Source: Chara braunii (lineage: Eukaryota > Plantae > Charophyceae). Taken from it: a stretch of 52,120 nt of DNA. Below the pieces are notes generated by a model that had not been told where the DNA came from, did no database searches, and was given only the letters and a program-made list of their open reading frames with translations. The position numbers were made by a program, and so were the translations under genes. This document shows positions 36,444 through 48,000 of this stretch, in pieces. The number at the start of each line of letters is the position of its first letter. The stretch's first letter is position 1. The DNA lies in assembly GCA_003427395.1 (NCBI GenBank), contig BFEA01000034.1, positions 3,351,655 through 3,403,774 on the forward strand, in the 5' to 3' direction.

Positions 36444-38396
36444 GGCTTTAGGTTAATAGGAAAGACGGACGGCTATGACGATGGGATTTTTCTTCATAAG
36501 GGTCCGGAAAGGGTGAGGATGTATCGTTGGGATGTGGTCCTAGTTGGTAGGTGTACATATGACACTATTTTACGACCATTGAGTGGTTGTGTGAGTTAAG
36601 ATGGATTGAGATTGTAAGGATTTCAGACTTGTGATGAGATAACGTTAGGTGTGAATATTGATTGAATTTGTATCTGGATTAGATTACGATCGTACTACCC
36701 TTGGTTGTTTTGAGCAGTCGTACCTAAACACACATATGTGCCGTAGAGTGTATTAGGATAGGATGTGTGCTTATAAGTGTACAAGATTTTTTTTAATATA
36801 GTGTAGTGAGAGAGAGTTTTACACATGTATGATGACTTGAGCTTGCTCTGGGCTCAGACATTTGAGACTATCTTTCCTCTTTTTTTTATTGTTATTTTGT
36901 ATGATATATGTGAATTTTCCGATAAGGATTTTTGTCGGACGACATTTTGAGGTTTCTATCATTTGTAAAGTCACATTAGCAAATAATTTTTTCTTTTTTA
37001 TTTTACATAATGATCGTTATCACTCTCACATGTGTTAACTCGTCCAGATGTATGAAAGTTTTGTGTGGTTCAGATGCGTGACATCTCATTGTGTATTATA
37101 ACAAGATAAAGATGTGAGTTGCGTGTCTCCTGCCTATGCCTATGCAAGCTTGTTGAAAAGACAGGCAAGTGTCCAAGTATGGGTAGGAGAAATGCAATCA
37201 TAACTTGAGTAAATGTATGAGAAATTAAGAAAGTCTCTGTGATGGTCAAATAAATCTGATAATTGGGCAAACGTTTGTTTTGAAAAGAGATATGTGAGGA
37301 AAACCCAAAGATTGGTCACCCAAAAAAGTTGAGGTATTTTTGTGAGAGTTCCCTTGAATAGGGAGCTAATTGAGATTCTTGAGCGACATAACAAAGTTAG
37401 ATGTGTCAAAGTCTGACGAGAAAGGTCAAATGTTTGTGTGATATGAATGTGAGGTTTATTGTTCCTCGAATGTGTGGCCTACTCCACCTTAATTAGAGTG
37501 GGGAGGCTACGACCTTGTGTACGATGGTGGTGGAAGGTTTGTGAGTGTCTTAAATTTTTGCAGTATGGTTTGTGTATGCCCAGCAAACGCCGATTATTTA
37601 AAAAGGGCACCAATTGTTTACTATAATGTTAATCTGGGAATAATATATTGAGGCTCGACTAAGGGGTTAAGCTTAGTATTATCGAGGCACAACTTTCGAT
37701 GTTTGCTGCTAACTGGCTCAATCTAGCAACAGACCCACGACTTATCAATGGATTGGAGTCTGATGAGTAGGTCACCTCGAGAGTTCTAATTCGGCGAGAG
37801 GGCGAAGGGATTGAATAAAGTATAGAGTTGGAATCCTTATGGTTATCAAATAGGTAGGAACTGCTTATCGTTGCACAACTAACGAAGGCACTATCGCTGT
37901 ATAACAACGCGATGGGCCATAGGTTTGGTTTGATAAACTAGTCTATGGTGAGCCAAGATGGAGACCTGCCCACCTGTGCTAAACTCCAAGGTGGATGTGG
38001 TGTAGGTTATAAGGTTATGATGGATGAACCATTACTTTTGGCGGAAAAAAAACTTTGAGAAGTAGAAAGGTTTCGGTTAGGGTACGCAACTAATCTTGAT
38101 CTCGCACGTTAAACCAAAGCAATAAACACCCAACAAGCAATTGAATGATGTCTAAGACAAAGGAAGAGGAATGACAACTATTACACGCAATCGAAATTCA
38201 AGATGTAGTACTAATTAAGTATCCCCGTAATCCGAGGCCAGGATTCAGGAGACCCAGGTTGAAACCCTGACAGTTCTGAGTCGTAATGAGAATCAGTTGG
38301 TCGAATGACTCGAACACAGTCAAACCGACGGATCGGATTGGTTGCCTTCTCGTCAACAAAAAGGTGCTAAGTATGTTTTGTAATAGTTGATAATTC

Positions 38397-38409
38397 GATG
38401 GAATGGGGA
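38397..38409 (+). promoter_or_regulatory. Polypurine tract
   Basis: GATGGAATGGGGA immediately before TGTCG of the 3' LTR. Confidence 0.6.
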
Positions 38410-40009
38410 TGTCGCTTCGATGAGACTATGCAGTATGCGGAACCCGTTTAAATGGGATTTCGTTAGTGCTAGTACCAGCCTGGGGCCTAACACTATTGGT
38501 TACAGTGCCAGACTTTTGTGCAACAGATTCAAGGATTGAGGCCAGCCGCCCGCGACAAAGGAGCGAAGAGGCACTATGAAGGAAACTGAGGGGTGGAGGG
38601 CTCAGCGGGGCTATCCCCCTCAGTTTTGTTGTTGACCAAAGCAACAGAACCGATAGGTGGGACCGGGGGGGTGCCGATAGTCCCCTCTGTTCCCCAATCT
38701 CCACTTCCTTTTGTTTTTTATATTTTATTTTTACTTAATTATTATTTAGTTATTTCTTTTAATCTTTCGTTTTCAAAATCGGTTTTGGTGTCGGTACCAA
38801 GATCGGGCCTGAGATCGGTGGGCGTAGCTCAGTTGGTTCACGCCCGGACTGCTGAAATACAGGCCCAAGTTCAAATTCAGATGCTTTCAGATGAAGAGAA
38901 TAGGATCGTTCTGAATTGCCTAGGGACTGACCAGTCCAACGAGTGATATCTCAAACCGGTGGCTTGGTCCTTTGGGACATCCGTTAAAATTGGAACGATA
39001 CAAAGAAGATAAGCATGACCCCTGTGCAAGAATCGCACACATAAATCAATCGAGAGTTATTTTTGTTGTTTTTGTAGACACGGAGGACGTGAACGCAGTG
39101 AGATTGCGTGGCGTGAAAGTTGATGTTAACGAAGAGAGATTGAGGAAGGCAATGGGATTGGGTAAGAGGGAGAGTGAGCGACAGAGAGAAAGAGAGAGAA
39201 AATACTTAATCAATATGTAATGATGTAGGTGAACCGAAGATCGAACTGTGGTGTTAAAACCCCACGCTAACTCAGTGTGGAGGGCATCGACCAAGTCCTA
39301 ACGATCGACTCATTCCCGTTTTGCACATATTAGTGAGAGTTAGATCATGGCCATTGTTGCTCCTCGTGGTTGTTTTTCTTGTTCCATTTTCGAGGTCGTA
39401 CTGCCTTTACTCTCATCGCGGCAATGCTGCCCCGCCTCTTGAACCTCACAGTCGCATTATTGTTAGGCGCGTCAGAAGCCGTGTGAATGTGGGCGAGATA
39501 TTGGCCAGATGTGACATGTTTTTTCGTGTTCTAACGGACGGTCTAATGAAATGGCAGATCTTGTGAGTGGCGGATCAGGGCTACCGTTGTCGTCAGTGAG
39601 CTCATAGTCGCCTTCAAAAATTATAGGTGGTTACCTACTTCGTTGTAAGGTCTTCCTTGAGTCCCTCGTCCGTTAGTACGGGGTAGTCATGTTGACTTTG
39701 ATCGTTGTTGCTCTAATGATGGTACTCGGCGAAGTACTATAGTGTGTCTTCTTTTGTTTTAGCGGGGGATTCATTCACTGTCGACACTCGTAGTGAATAG
39801 CGGAACAAAGTTCTTTGTGTGGTCGCCCCTTACTCAATTCGGACTCATTTCGTAGGAAATTGCCTTCTTCGACTTCAGTGTTGTGTTTTCCAATCGAGAT
39901 CTTCATTTTGTGGCTGTTTGTCGGACCGCTTGACGTTTTCTCGACCCTCAAGTAGGTCTAGCTGGACCAACGACCAAATACAGCTAAGTTGTTGTATAAA
40001 GCAAGTTGC

Positions 40010-40065
40010 TAGATCGGTTGGCTAGGCACATAAGGGGTATTCAGGAGGTCGTGGGGTTAAGCCCA
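40010..40065 (+). promoter_or_regulatory. tRNA-derived A/B-box-like module
   Basis: TAGATCGGTTGGCTAGG...GGAGGTCGTGGGGTTAAGCCC; homologous to 51214-51270 (minus). Confidence 0.5.
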
Positions 40066-41333
40066 TCCCCCACCCCCCCTGTTCGTTACTGGTTATCTAG
40101 TTGGTAATCCTGTTCATGTTCGTTGTTAGCGATCTTCTTCTTCAAAAGTGGGGCTTTGATCAAGTTACAACATGCATCTTTTTCACAGTCACTGGAGTTG
40201 TATTCATCGCATATGTGAACTGCTGAGATTTTCATGAAGTACAGTTAATGAGGTTTCGCTGATGGTTGAGCTGCTGTTTCATTGAGTCGTTGTTTGTTGA
40301 GTTTTTTGTTTGTTGGGCAGTTGTTCGTTGATTGTTGCTCGCTAGGTCTGTTGGGCACTGCTGACTATTGAATTGCAGAGCATTAACTGTCAGTGATTAC
40401 TATGCTTTGTTGTTATTGATATGCTTTTTATCGTTGCGAGTTTACTATCTGTGAATGTTATGTTTTGCGGTTGGTTGTGCATAGTTGGCGTGCAGCTGTC
40501 AGCGCTGTGCTTTGCAGTGTACATCAAGATCACCGAGTTTTTGTGTCCCTGCTTATTGTGCTCGTAGTTGTTAGTCAGACCTTGTTGTGATTGTTTTTTA
40601 CCGACATTTCCAAGAGAGTGCAGGGCGAGCTCTATTTGAACACATGCTTTTCTAGGTTGCGTAGTTACGTTATGATTCGTGGTTGGAGCACAGTGCCTTG
40701 AGGGAGTGGTCGGACTCTTCAGAAAGGTCACCGCAACAACTCGAACTTCGGAGTTGTCAGAGGGCCGTTTTATTCATCTTCTTAGTTGGGATTCCACCAT
40801 CTTCACTTCGATTTGGTCACCATTGAGGGGCCCTCAGGCGTGTCAAGGTACCAAGGTCCTCTCATGCGAGTTGAATTACTCCCCTCTTGTATCTCGAGAG
40901 TCTGAAACCCGTTCTTCTGCCCTTCTTATTCCAAGTCTAATCTGTGGTTCGGAGAGGAAGGCAGCAGATGGGATTGCAACCCACAAGAACGCAGCAAGAC
41001 CTTGTGGGAGGTTCACCCACCGATTGCGGGAGCTTTGCCGGTTCTCGGGAGGAGTTTTGGAGGCATGGAACAGACATGTATACCTTCTCTACCATGTGTG
41101 AACCCTCTACACCCTTATCAACATATCTCTCTATGTTAACTACTATATATGTGTATGTCCCTATGAACTTTGTTTCGTTCAAAACCTAAGTCGGATTAAG
41201 TAAAGGGAATGCATGGTTGAATTTTACCTATTTTTATTGCTTGAAACTCAGACAGAAAGGGATTAATTTGGGGAAGATGGGAATGCATGGTTGAATTTCA
41301 CCTATTCTTATTGCTTGTTGATTGGGTCCTCAA

Positions 41334-42207
41334 GGGTTAGGCAATGTGGCTTCGGCTTAGCTGACCGCTTTGTTTATTTTGTTTCCTCTGCAACTAGACA
41401 ATGCGACTTCAGTAAGGTCTAGTTGTTGTGGTGTTTGTTGGTTCTCGCCAATTACAGTCAGACAAACAGACGTTTATCAGACTTGGTTGTTGTATTGTCT
41501 TGTCTTCTTGACAATTAGACAATGTGGCTTCGGTCAGGTCTGATTGTCATACCTCTATAAGTTGTTATCCGTGCGGCTAGGCAATGTGGCTTCGGTTTGC
41601 CCTAGATGACTATGCTATGTCGTTTTGGTCCTTACTCAAACTGGACAATGTGACTTCGGTCAGGTCTAGTACTTGTTTTTATGGTGATTTGCCTTATTGA
41701 AACGATTTAAGAGTTTGGTAATGTGGCTTCAATCAGATCCAACTACTTATATTTTCTAAGGGAGGTTTTGACTAATGACTAAGCAATGTGGCTTCAGTTT
41801 TGTTTAATATAAGATTGCGCAATTTAAATAAAAGTTGGAAAATATGACTTTCTATATAAACAAATATTATAGTTCTATTATTGAACAAAGTTAGTCAGAC
41901 AATGTGACTTCAATTTAATCTGACTATAGTTTATCACAAAAGGAAGAAAATACTTAATTAAGAATATAATGAGTGTAACCTAAGGTGGAGTGAGCAATGT
42001 GGCTTCCATTTGGCTCAGCCTTAGTCTTCAAAAGATTAATGTTGATAAAGATATTATAAATTGGATATTAAATATTTGGGAGGGCTAGGCAACGTGACTT
42101 CGGTTTGGTCTACTTAACTGTCTAATGAAGAGATAAATAGTTGTGTCCTTTGTTTGTGTATACAAAGGAAAGGGTTAAGTAATGTGGCTTCGGTTTCGCT
42201 TAACCTT
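41334..42207 (+). repeat. Array of 13 hairpins with conserved 17-nt loop (LTR-B)
   Basis: Loops start at 41343, 41400, 41464, 41521, 41583, 41647, 41720, 41785, 41841, 41901, 41996, 42091, 42181; the units at 41464 and 41841 are degenerate. Confidence 0.9.
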
Positions 42208-42757
42208 CTTATGTCATATGTAAACAAAGGTATTGGGGTTTATCCAACCGAGAGACAACAAATTATTTATAAGAATAATAATTTGAGGGGTTTGTGAAAG
42301 TACTTACCCATTGTGGTATAGACTTACATGTGGTTGAATGTGGACTCTACTTGTTTTAAGTCTTAAGTTTTGATAGGTAGTTGTTTTAGATGTTCGCCAC
42401 GTGCTCGAGTTATAAGAGTTGGTTCAATTTTTGCATTTTCTAAATTAAGTTTATTTCACATACTTGGCTTTGTATAATCTTTGGAAAGACACTTTCCGTA
42501 AGGAAAGTACTACCAAAATTTCTGGAAATGCAAGGGGTTAGTCAAATTTTTCTTTATAAAAACTCAACTTTTGTCTAAGTTTTATATATGACTTAGTAAA
42601 AGTTTTGGAAGCCTACTTTTATAGGGGTGGTTCTGACCAAATTTTATAGGATTATTTTGTGAAGCATAAGTAATTGTCATATTTTGTATTTAGCTTTGTA
42701 CAAATTTTGGAAAGGATCCTATCTAGAGGGAGTGTTGCTGAAATTTCTGCAAATCCT

Positions 42758-42933
42758 AGCCTACCAGTCAGGGCGTCCGGATTCCGGTTGGCCAGCCCGT
42801 GTAAGAACCAGGGAAGGTCCAAAAAATAATAATAACAGTAATAATTTTAAAAACTCTGAAAAAATATTATATTATGCAGAAAGTTAACTGAGCAACTTTT
42901 GTCTCAGGGTCACATCGAAATTCTTCACCGATT

Positions 42934-42979
<46 letters not shown>

Positions 42980-43012
42980 CCGGTCAGGTGACCCCGGACC
43001 ACTTCGATAGCT
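42758..43012. mobile_element. Small insertion in LTR-B
   Basis: Absent from LTR-A (~8490). GC-rich loosely inverted ends, AT-rich core, long poly-T. Confidence 0.6.
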
Positions 43013-45028
43013 TATTACAAATCTCAAAATTAGTTTAGTTTTGTCTTCGTAAAATTCAAGTTTCATATTGAGTTCATGTATGGTTTCATATGAATCTGAT
43101 AAACCTACTTCTCTAAAGGAGATGTTTCCCAACTTTTTTATAAGTTCGGCAGTTAGACAAAAGATGACTCTGAAAAATCAAAAATCGCTTTCAGATTTCA
43201 TATTTAGTCTTATATAAATTATGCTCAAACTGTTTTTCTGCGGGAAGCGCTGCCTAAATTTTTTGAAATCTAGAGGAGAAAATATTTTAGAATTTTTAAG
43301 GTTTGACAATCTGTCCTTACTTAGGGCAGATACTGCCGAAATTCGTGACATTTTTAGACATATATAAAAGGTAAGGTAGGAAGGTAAGAGTACTTCATAC
43401 TTACTCAAACATAGTTTGGGCACTGTTTTGTGTTGTGTTGCAGGTCATTTTTCATTCGGATTATTTCGATATTTGACTAGCTTCAAGCTGATTCTACGAG
43501 GATCATCTTCTGTTGTCTTTTGATATCAGGTTTGTTTCCGACTCAACCCTAACTCATTCTCGCTGCTCAACCTAAGCCCTTAACCACTGAGGGTTGAATT
43601 GTTTCTTTGAGGTTTTACCCGGACTTTTATTAAATGACCATTTGTGTTCTTTTGGAAGGTTGGACAAAGGTTGGAGCTTGTGTGAATAAGGCAGGGGGTG
43701 TGAGTGTAAAGAGTCGTTGAAGTTGACCACGTGTAGTGTGTGGTATATCGATGATTGAATCCTTGGTGTGACTGCAGATATGTTTTTTTAAATCGAAGTC
43801 CGGATTTAACTTTGTTTGTGATCATGTGAATATTTTGAAGGAAGTCACATTGTGATTGTGAGAGTCATTGCCTCGTGTTTTATAACCCCGTTGTATGTAT
43901 ATTTTTGCGTATACGCGCTGTCTACTTTGATCGTATATAAGGATTGAGTAAATTTGTGTCGAGAGAAAAAAAAAGGTTTCCTTTTACTTCTGCATTTTTA
44001 GATTTTTATAATTGGACGTTGAGGTTTGTGGCGACTGTTAAAGTCAAACCCCGTTACTTGTTTTCAACCTCTGAAGATGGAGCCCCACTTGAGGATCCGA
44101 GGCGTTTGACCTCCACTAAGGGACGACGCCCTTGTACCTCTCCTCTCCGTAGTGTGTAGAAGAGGGTAGGTTTCGCAATCACAAATGTGATTATCTAACA
44201 TCAAAAGATTAACCCTCTAGGACGTGTGTCAGCCGACACTTGAGTGTCGAATGTGGCCTTCAAAATTATTGAGGACCTCATGCTTGTGAATACTACATAG
44301 TACTTCACAATCTCGATCGCTTGCGTATTCATCCATGGTTGGTCGATATGATAAAATTTATATAGTTGCGATATTTATTCAAGAGTCTCGTTCGCGACAC
44401 CCACCTAATTTTGTCGTCGAAAGTTATGGGTCAGATGTGGAAAAAGAGACTAGGTGTGATTTACGTACGAAGTTTAATTTTATTTTTATGAGATGTATCA
44501 AGTGGTTAGATTTTACCGTCCTAATCGGCTGGAGTAGGATTGGGTTCGAGAGATTGCCGCATCAGACGACGATTCACTCACTCGTGCAATTCGGGTGTTA
44601 ACTGCGCGTACCCCCTATACTTCAACGAACAAGAAACGCCCTTGGTCGGGCCACCTTTGTGATTGCATACAAAAAGTTTTTGCATGTGGTTCAGTAGCTC
44701 GGTGAGGATACGTCCACCTAAGGGATGGTGATAGGTCCCACGAGTGGAGTAAAGTTGTATCTCGCATGACCCTATCCTGTCGTAGGGGTTCGTGAGAGGT
44801 ATGGTTGACGCACTCGGCCGGAACGGTAACGCTCTTCTTGACAAGCCTTGCAAAATTATGTGTGACGCGGCCTAGAGGGTCCCCCTTGCGCGATGGAAAC
44901 ACTCGATATCGACGATCTATAAGATGATTCCTATAATCTGTAAAAATTAGAGGAAATTTTAAAATAGGAAATCGGTCAGCTTTCCTTCCAGGCCGATCAA
45001 GTTCAAGAACTTCGACTCGGAATCCTGC

Positions 45029-48000
45029 TGTCGAGCGCATCGGCTCCTACCTTTTTTGCAAACGGCGGCAATTCTCTGACTATGTCATACAAGAGTTAAA
45101 AAAAAAAAAAAAAAAAAAAGAGACAATTTGGAGACAATACGTAAGTAGTCCCATAAACCGCCTAAACGGACGTAGTTGTGATGCCACCTCGCCACTCTGG
45201 CTGAGTGCCTCAACTCCACCTCTCACGATCCCTTGCGACAAGACAAGTTTTCACGAGTTACAACTTACCTTCCCTAAGGGACTGTCACCATGCTTAGGCG
45301 TATACCCCTAGCGAGCTTCTGACCCACAAATGAAAGTTTTTATATGTAGTCCCAAAGGTAGATCGATCGAGGATGTTTGCTCATTCGCTGCACTATAGGC
45401 ACGCGTGGTTGAAACACAGTTTGAACCTAAACATCGTTTGTTCCCCAGGGTGTTGATCTCCTAAGTACAAACTCACTTCGATTGACTAGGACGGTCCTCA
45501 CCAAGCATGAAACTCACAAGCAGTTTTAATCCCTTAGATACAATTAAGAAAAAATACAACGCATTTGGTGGAACCGGTGAACCATTCAGGTCGAATGGGA
45601 CAGAGGGCTCGTAGTACCTAACTAAGTGAATCAGCAGACGGGAAGGAGCCTAAATCGACGGACTTGAGTTAGTCCGTCGCACACTCAAGGCCAGCGAACG
45701 AAGTGGGCGCTCGAACTCCGAAACTGCTTGCTGGAGGCAGCACCCGCATTTGTACTAACAATTAAACTAAACTACAATATGATTGATCGACTTTGGTCAA
45801 TAGAAAGACATACATACACAAAAATATAATTTCTACAACTATCACACATTTATATAATCAACGTGACCTTTGAATATGAAAGTATTCAAATATCATAAGG
45901 TATAACACAAACTATAAATAATATCAGTCGAATTTCGTAGATTCGAGTACGAGAAGTCGAACCACTCGAGGTTGGGCTTATAAGATAAGCCGACAAGGTA
46001 GTCGGGCTACCCTAGTTTTGACTTAATAAGTTGAGCCGCCAAAGTTATCCATTTCATTCCTATGTTGATTGGGGACACCTAAGTTTTAGCCATCGTGAGA
46101 AATGATTATTTTCTATGTTTTATGAATGATGAAGTATCACCTTTTCCATAAGGACATTCGAAGCATTGTCGTAGTCGTTGCCTTTTCCTGAAAAACGCCA
46201 CCACCTCTCCTCTTTAATCGTCGCGCACCTAACGATGTAAGAAGTGGTTTGGGGTACTTCTCCTCCTCGCCTGAGTGCATGACTCGGATTTCAGAAGTTA
46301 AGTCTTCTCCTTCGAAGAGTCCACTTTGGGTTGACGATAGGGCTGACTCCTAAGGCAACAAACCTCCACCCTAAATATCTCACAAAGAGGAGGAGCTCCC
46401 GTACTCCGAGCGAAATCGTCACATTTCTTCCTCTATTGCAAAAGTAGCTTAGACGAAATAGAACCAGAGAGGATAAAGGATGAAAGTTATTTTGATGGGT
46501 ATAGGCAAGATGGGTCACTCGGGATAGTATGAGGACCATTGGAAATAAAATTAAGTTCATGTTAACTTTCTTCATTTTGTTATCGAGAATATTCTCTTTT
46601 TGTTATAGAGTTTTTTTAATCCCACTTACTCTACGCTTAGTTTTTGAAAATAATTAAACAACCATTAGTGGAGGACCACTCAGGATACAAAATTTACGCA
46701 TATAAGGTTTCTTTTCCATTCAACCATATTCATATTTGCACATCCATTCAATCAAGAAGCAAGAAAACCACAATCTACATCTGTGGGTCAAACCTTTCCA
46801 TTCACATTAGAACACACATTTCCTTTCCCTTTTCAAATAACATTTTATTAAATAGGGTCAAGAAAGTGTGAGTTCATAGGTGTGAAGAGAGTCTGAGCCA
46901 AACTGTCTGACCTTGAGTGAAGTATATACTGACTCACTCAAGAAAGCCACATAATATCTCAATCAAGTAGGAAAACAAACGTTATCGATGTCAAATATAT
47001 TTGATCCACAACTCGTTCAATCGCAGTCTCGTGGCCAAAAGACAATCATTTTTTTTCCCCCAACCGCCAAGTCCGACAAAACGAACTCAATGAGATAAAC
47101 CTCGAGGAGGCCGGTCTCAAAGTAAGCCCCAAATGGTCCCAACGTAGTCCCAACTACACCACCAAGACCTAAGGATTGTCCTAAGTTTATCACCAATCCC
47201 AAACTGCATCACCAAAAAAATAATATGCATTTCATTGAATGTCGTAAACCAAAAGTCATCCCCCAATCGCCGCACCTAGAAAAATCAATTTTCGTCGCAC
47301 ACCATAGCCAAGATTCACGCTTCATGCAACAACCGCGGCCCCAGTGACGTCGGGCAACACTTCCACCTCACCACCAAAAAAATGGTGCTTCGCTCCGAAA
47401 CATTTCGGCATCATGATCCCACAAAAAATTCAGCCGCCGACGTACCAAAATTTGGCAACATAACCCCTAAAAATCGGGGTGCAGCCTGCCACACATCCAC
47501 TCCACCGCAGGATGCCAACGTCGTCGAAGTCCTGTTAAAAACAAAACCTCAGACCGAAAATATCCCGGTCCAAAGGTCTCTTAAAGAGTCTGGTTAAGAG
47601 CCCTGGTTTTACAAGACGGTCACAGGGATGACCCCGTAGACAAAACACCAACCTAGACTTGGGGCAGAGTGCCCCCAGTTTTGGCTATGACTGCTCCACT
47701 CCTCCTCTAGCTCCCTGCAAACCTCAAACTTCACCAGCCTAGCAAACCTCCATGTTCCCTCGTAGCTCCTCCAACAGGTCTATCAGCCTAGCAGACTTCC
47801 ATGTCCCCTTTTATACTTGTTGAAAGGTTGTGGGAGCAACTTGGCCCATAGACAAAAATTCAGCTAAACCTAGGTCCTTCATCTGAACTCAAGATCAAGG
47901 GTCACAATCATTGGTTTCCCCCTAGAAGAAACAGGGGCCTTCAAACTTTAATGTACCTGGGTTTTTGTCAGGCTGCGTGTGTCAAGGAAATGGTACACCA

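Larger units (their letters stand above)
4279..44908 (+). mobile_element. Full-length degenerate Ty3/Gypsy LTR retrotransposon (~24 kb without nested inserts)
   Basis: TGT start and ...CTCGATA end, paired multi-kb LTRs, PBS, PPT, domain order gag-PR-RT-RH-IN, flanks TCGG (4275-4278) / TCGA (44909-44912). Confidence 0.85.
38410..44908 (+). repeat. 3' LTR (LTR-B, 6.5 kb)
   Basis: Direct repeat of LTR-A; no PBS after its end. Lacks A 4284-4675 and ~5790-6170; has an extra ~39290-40520. Confidence 0.88.
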
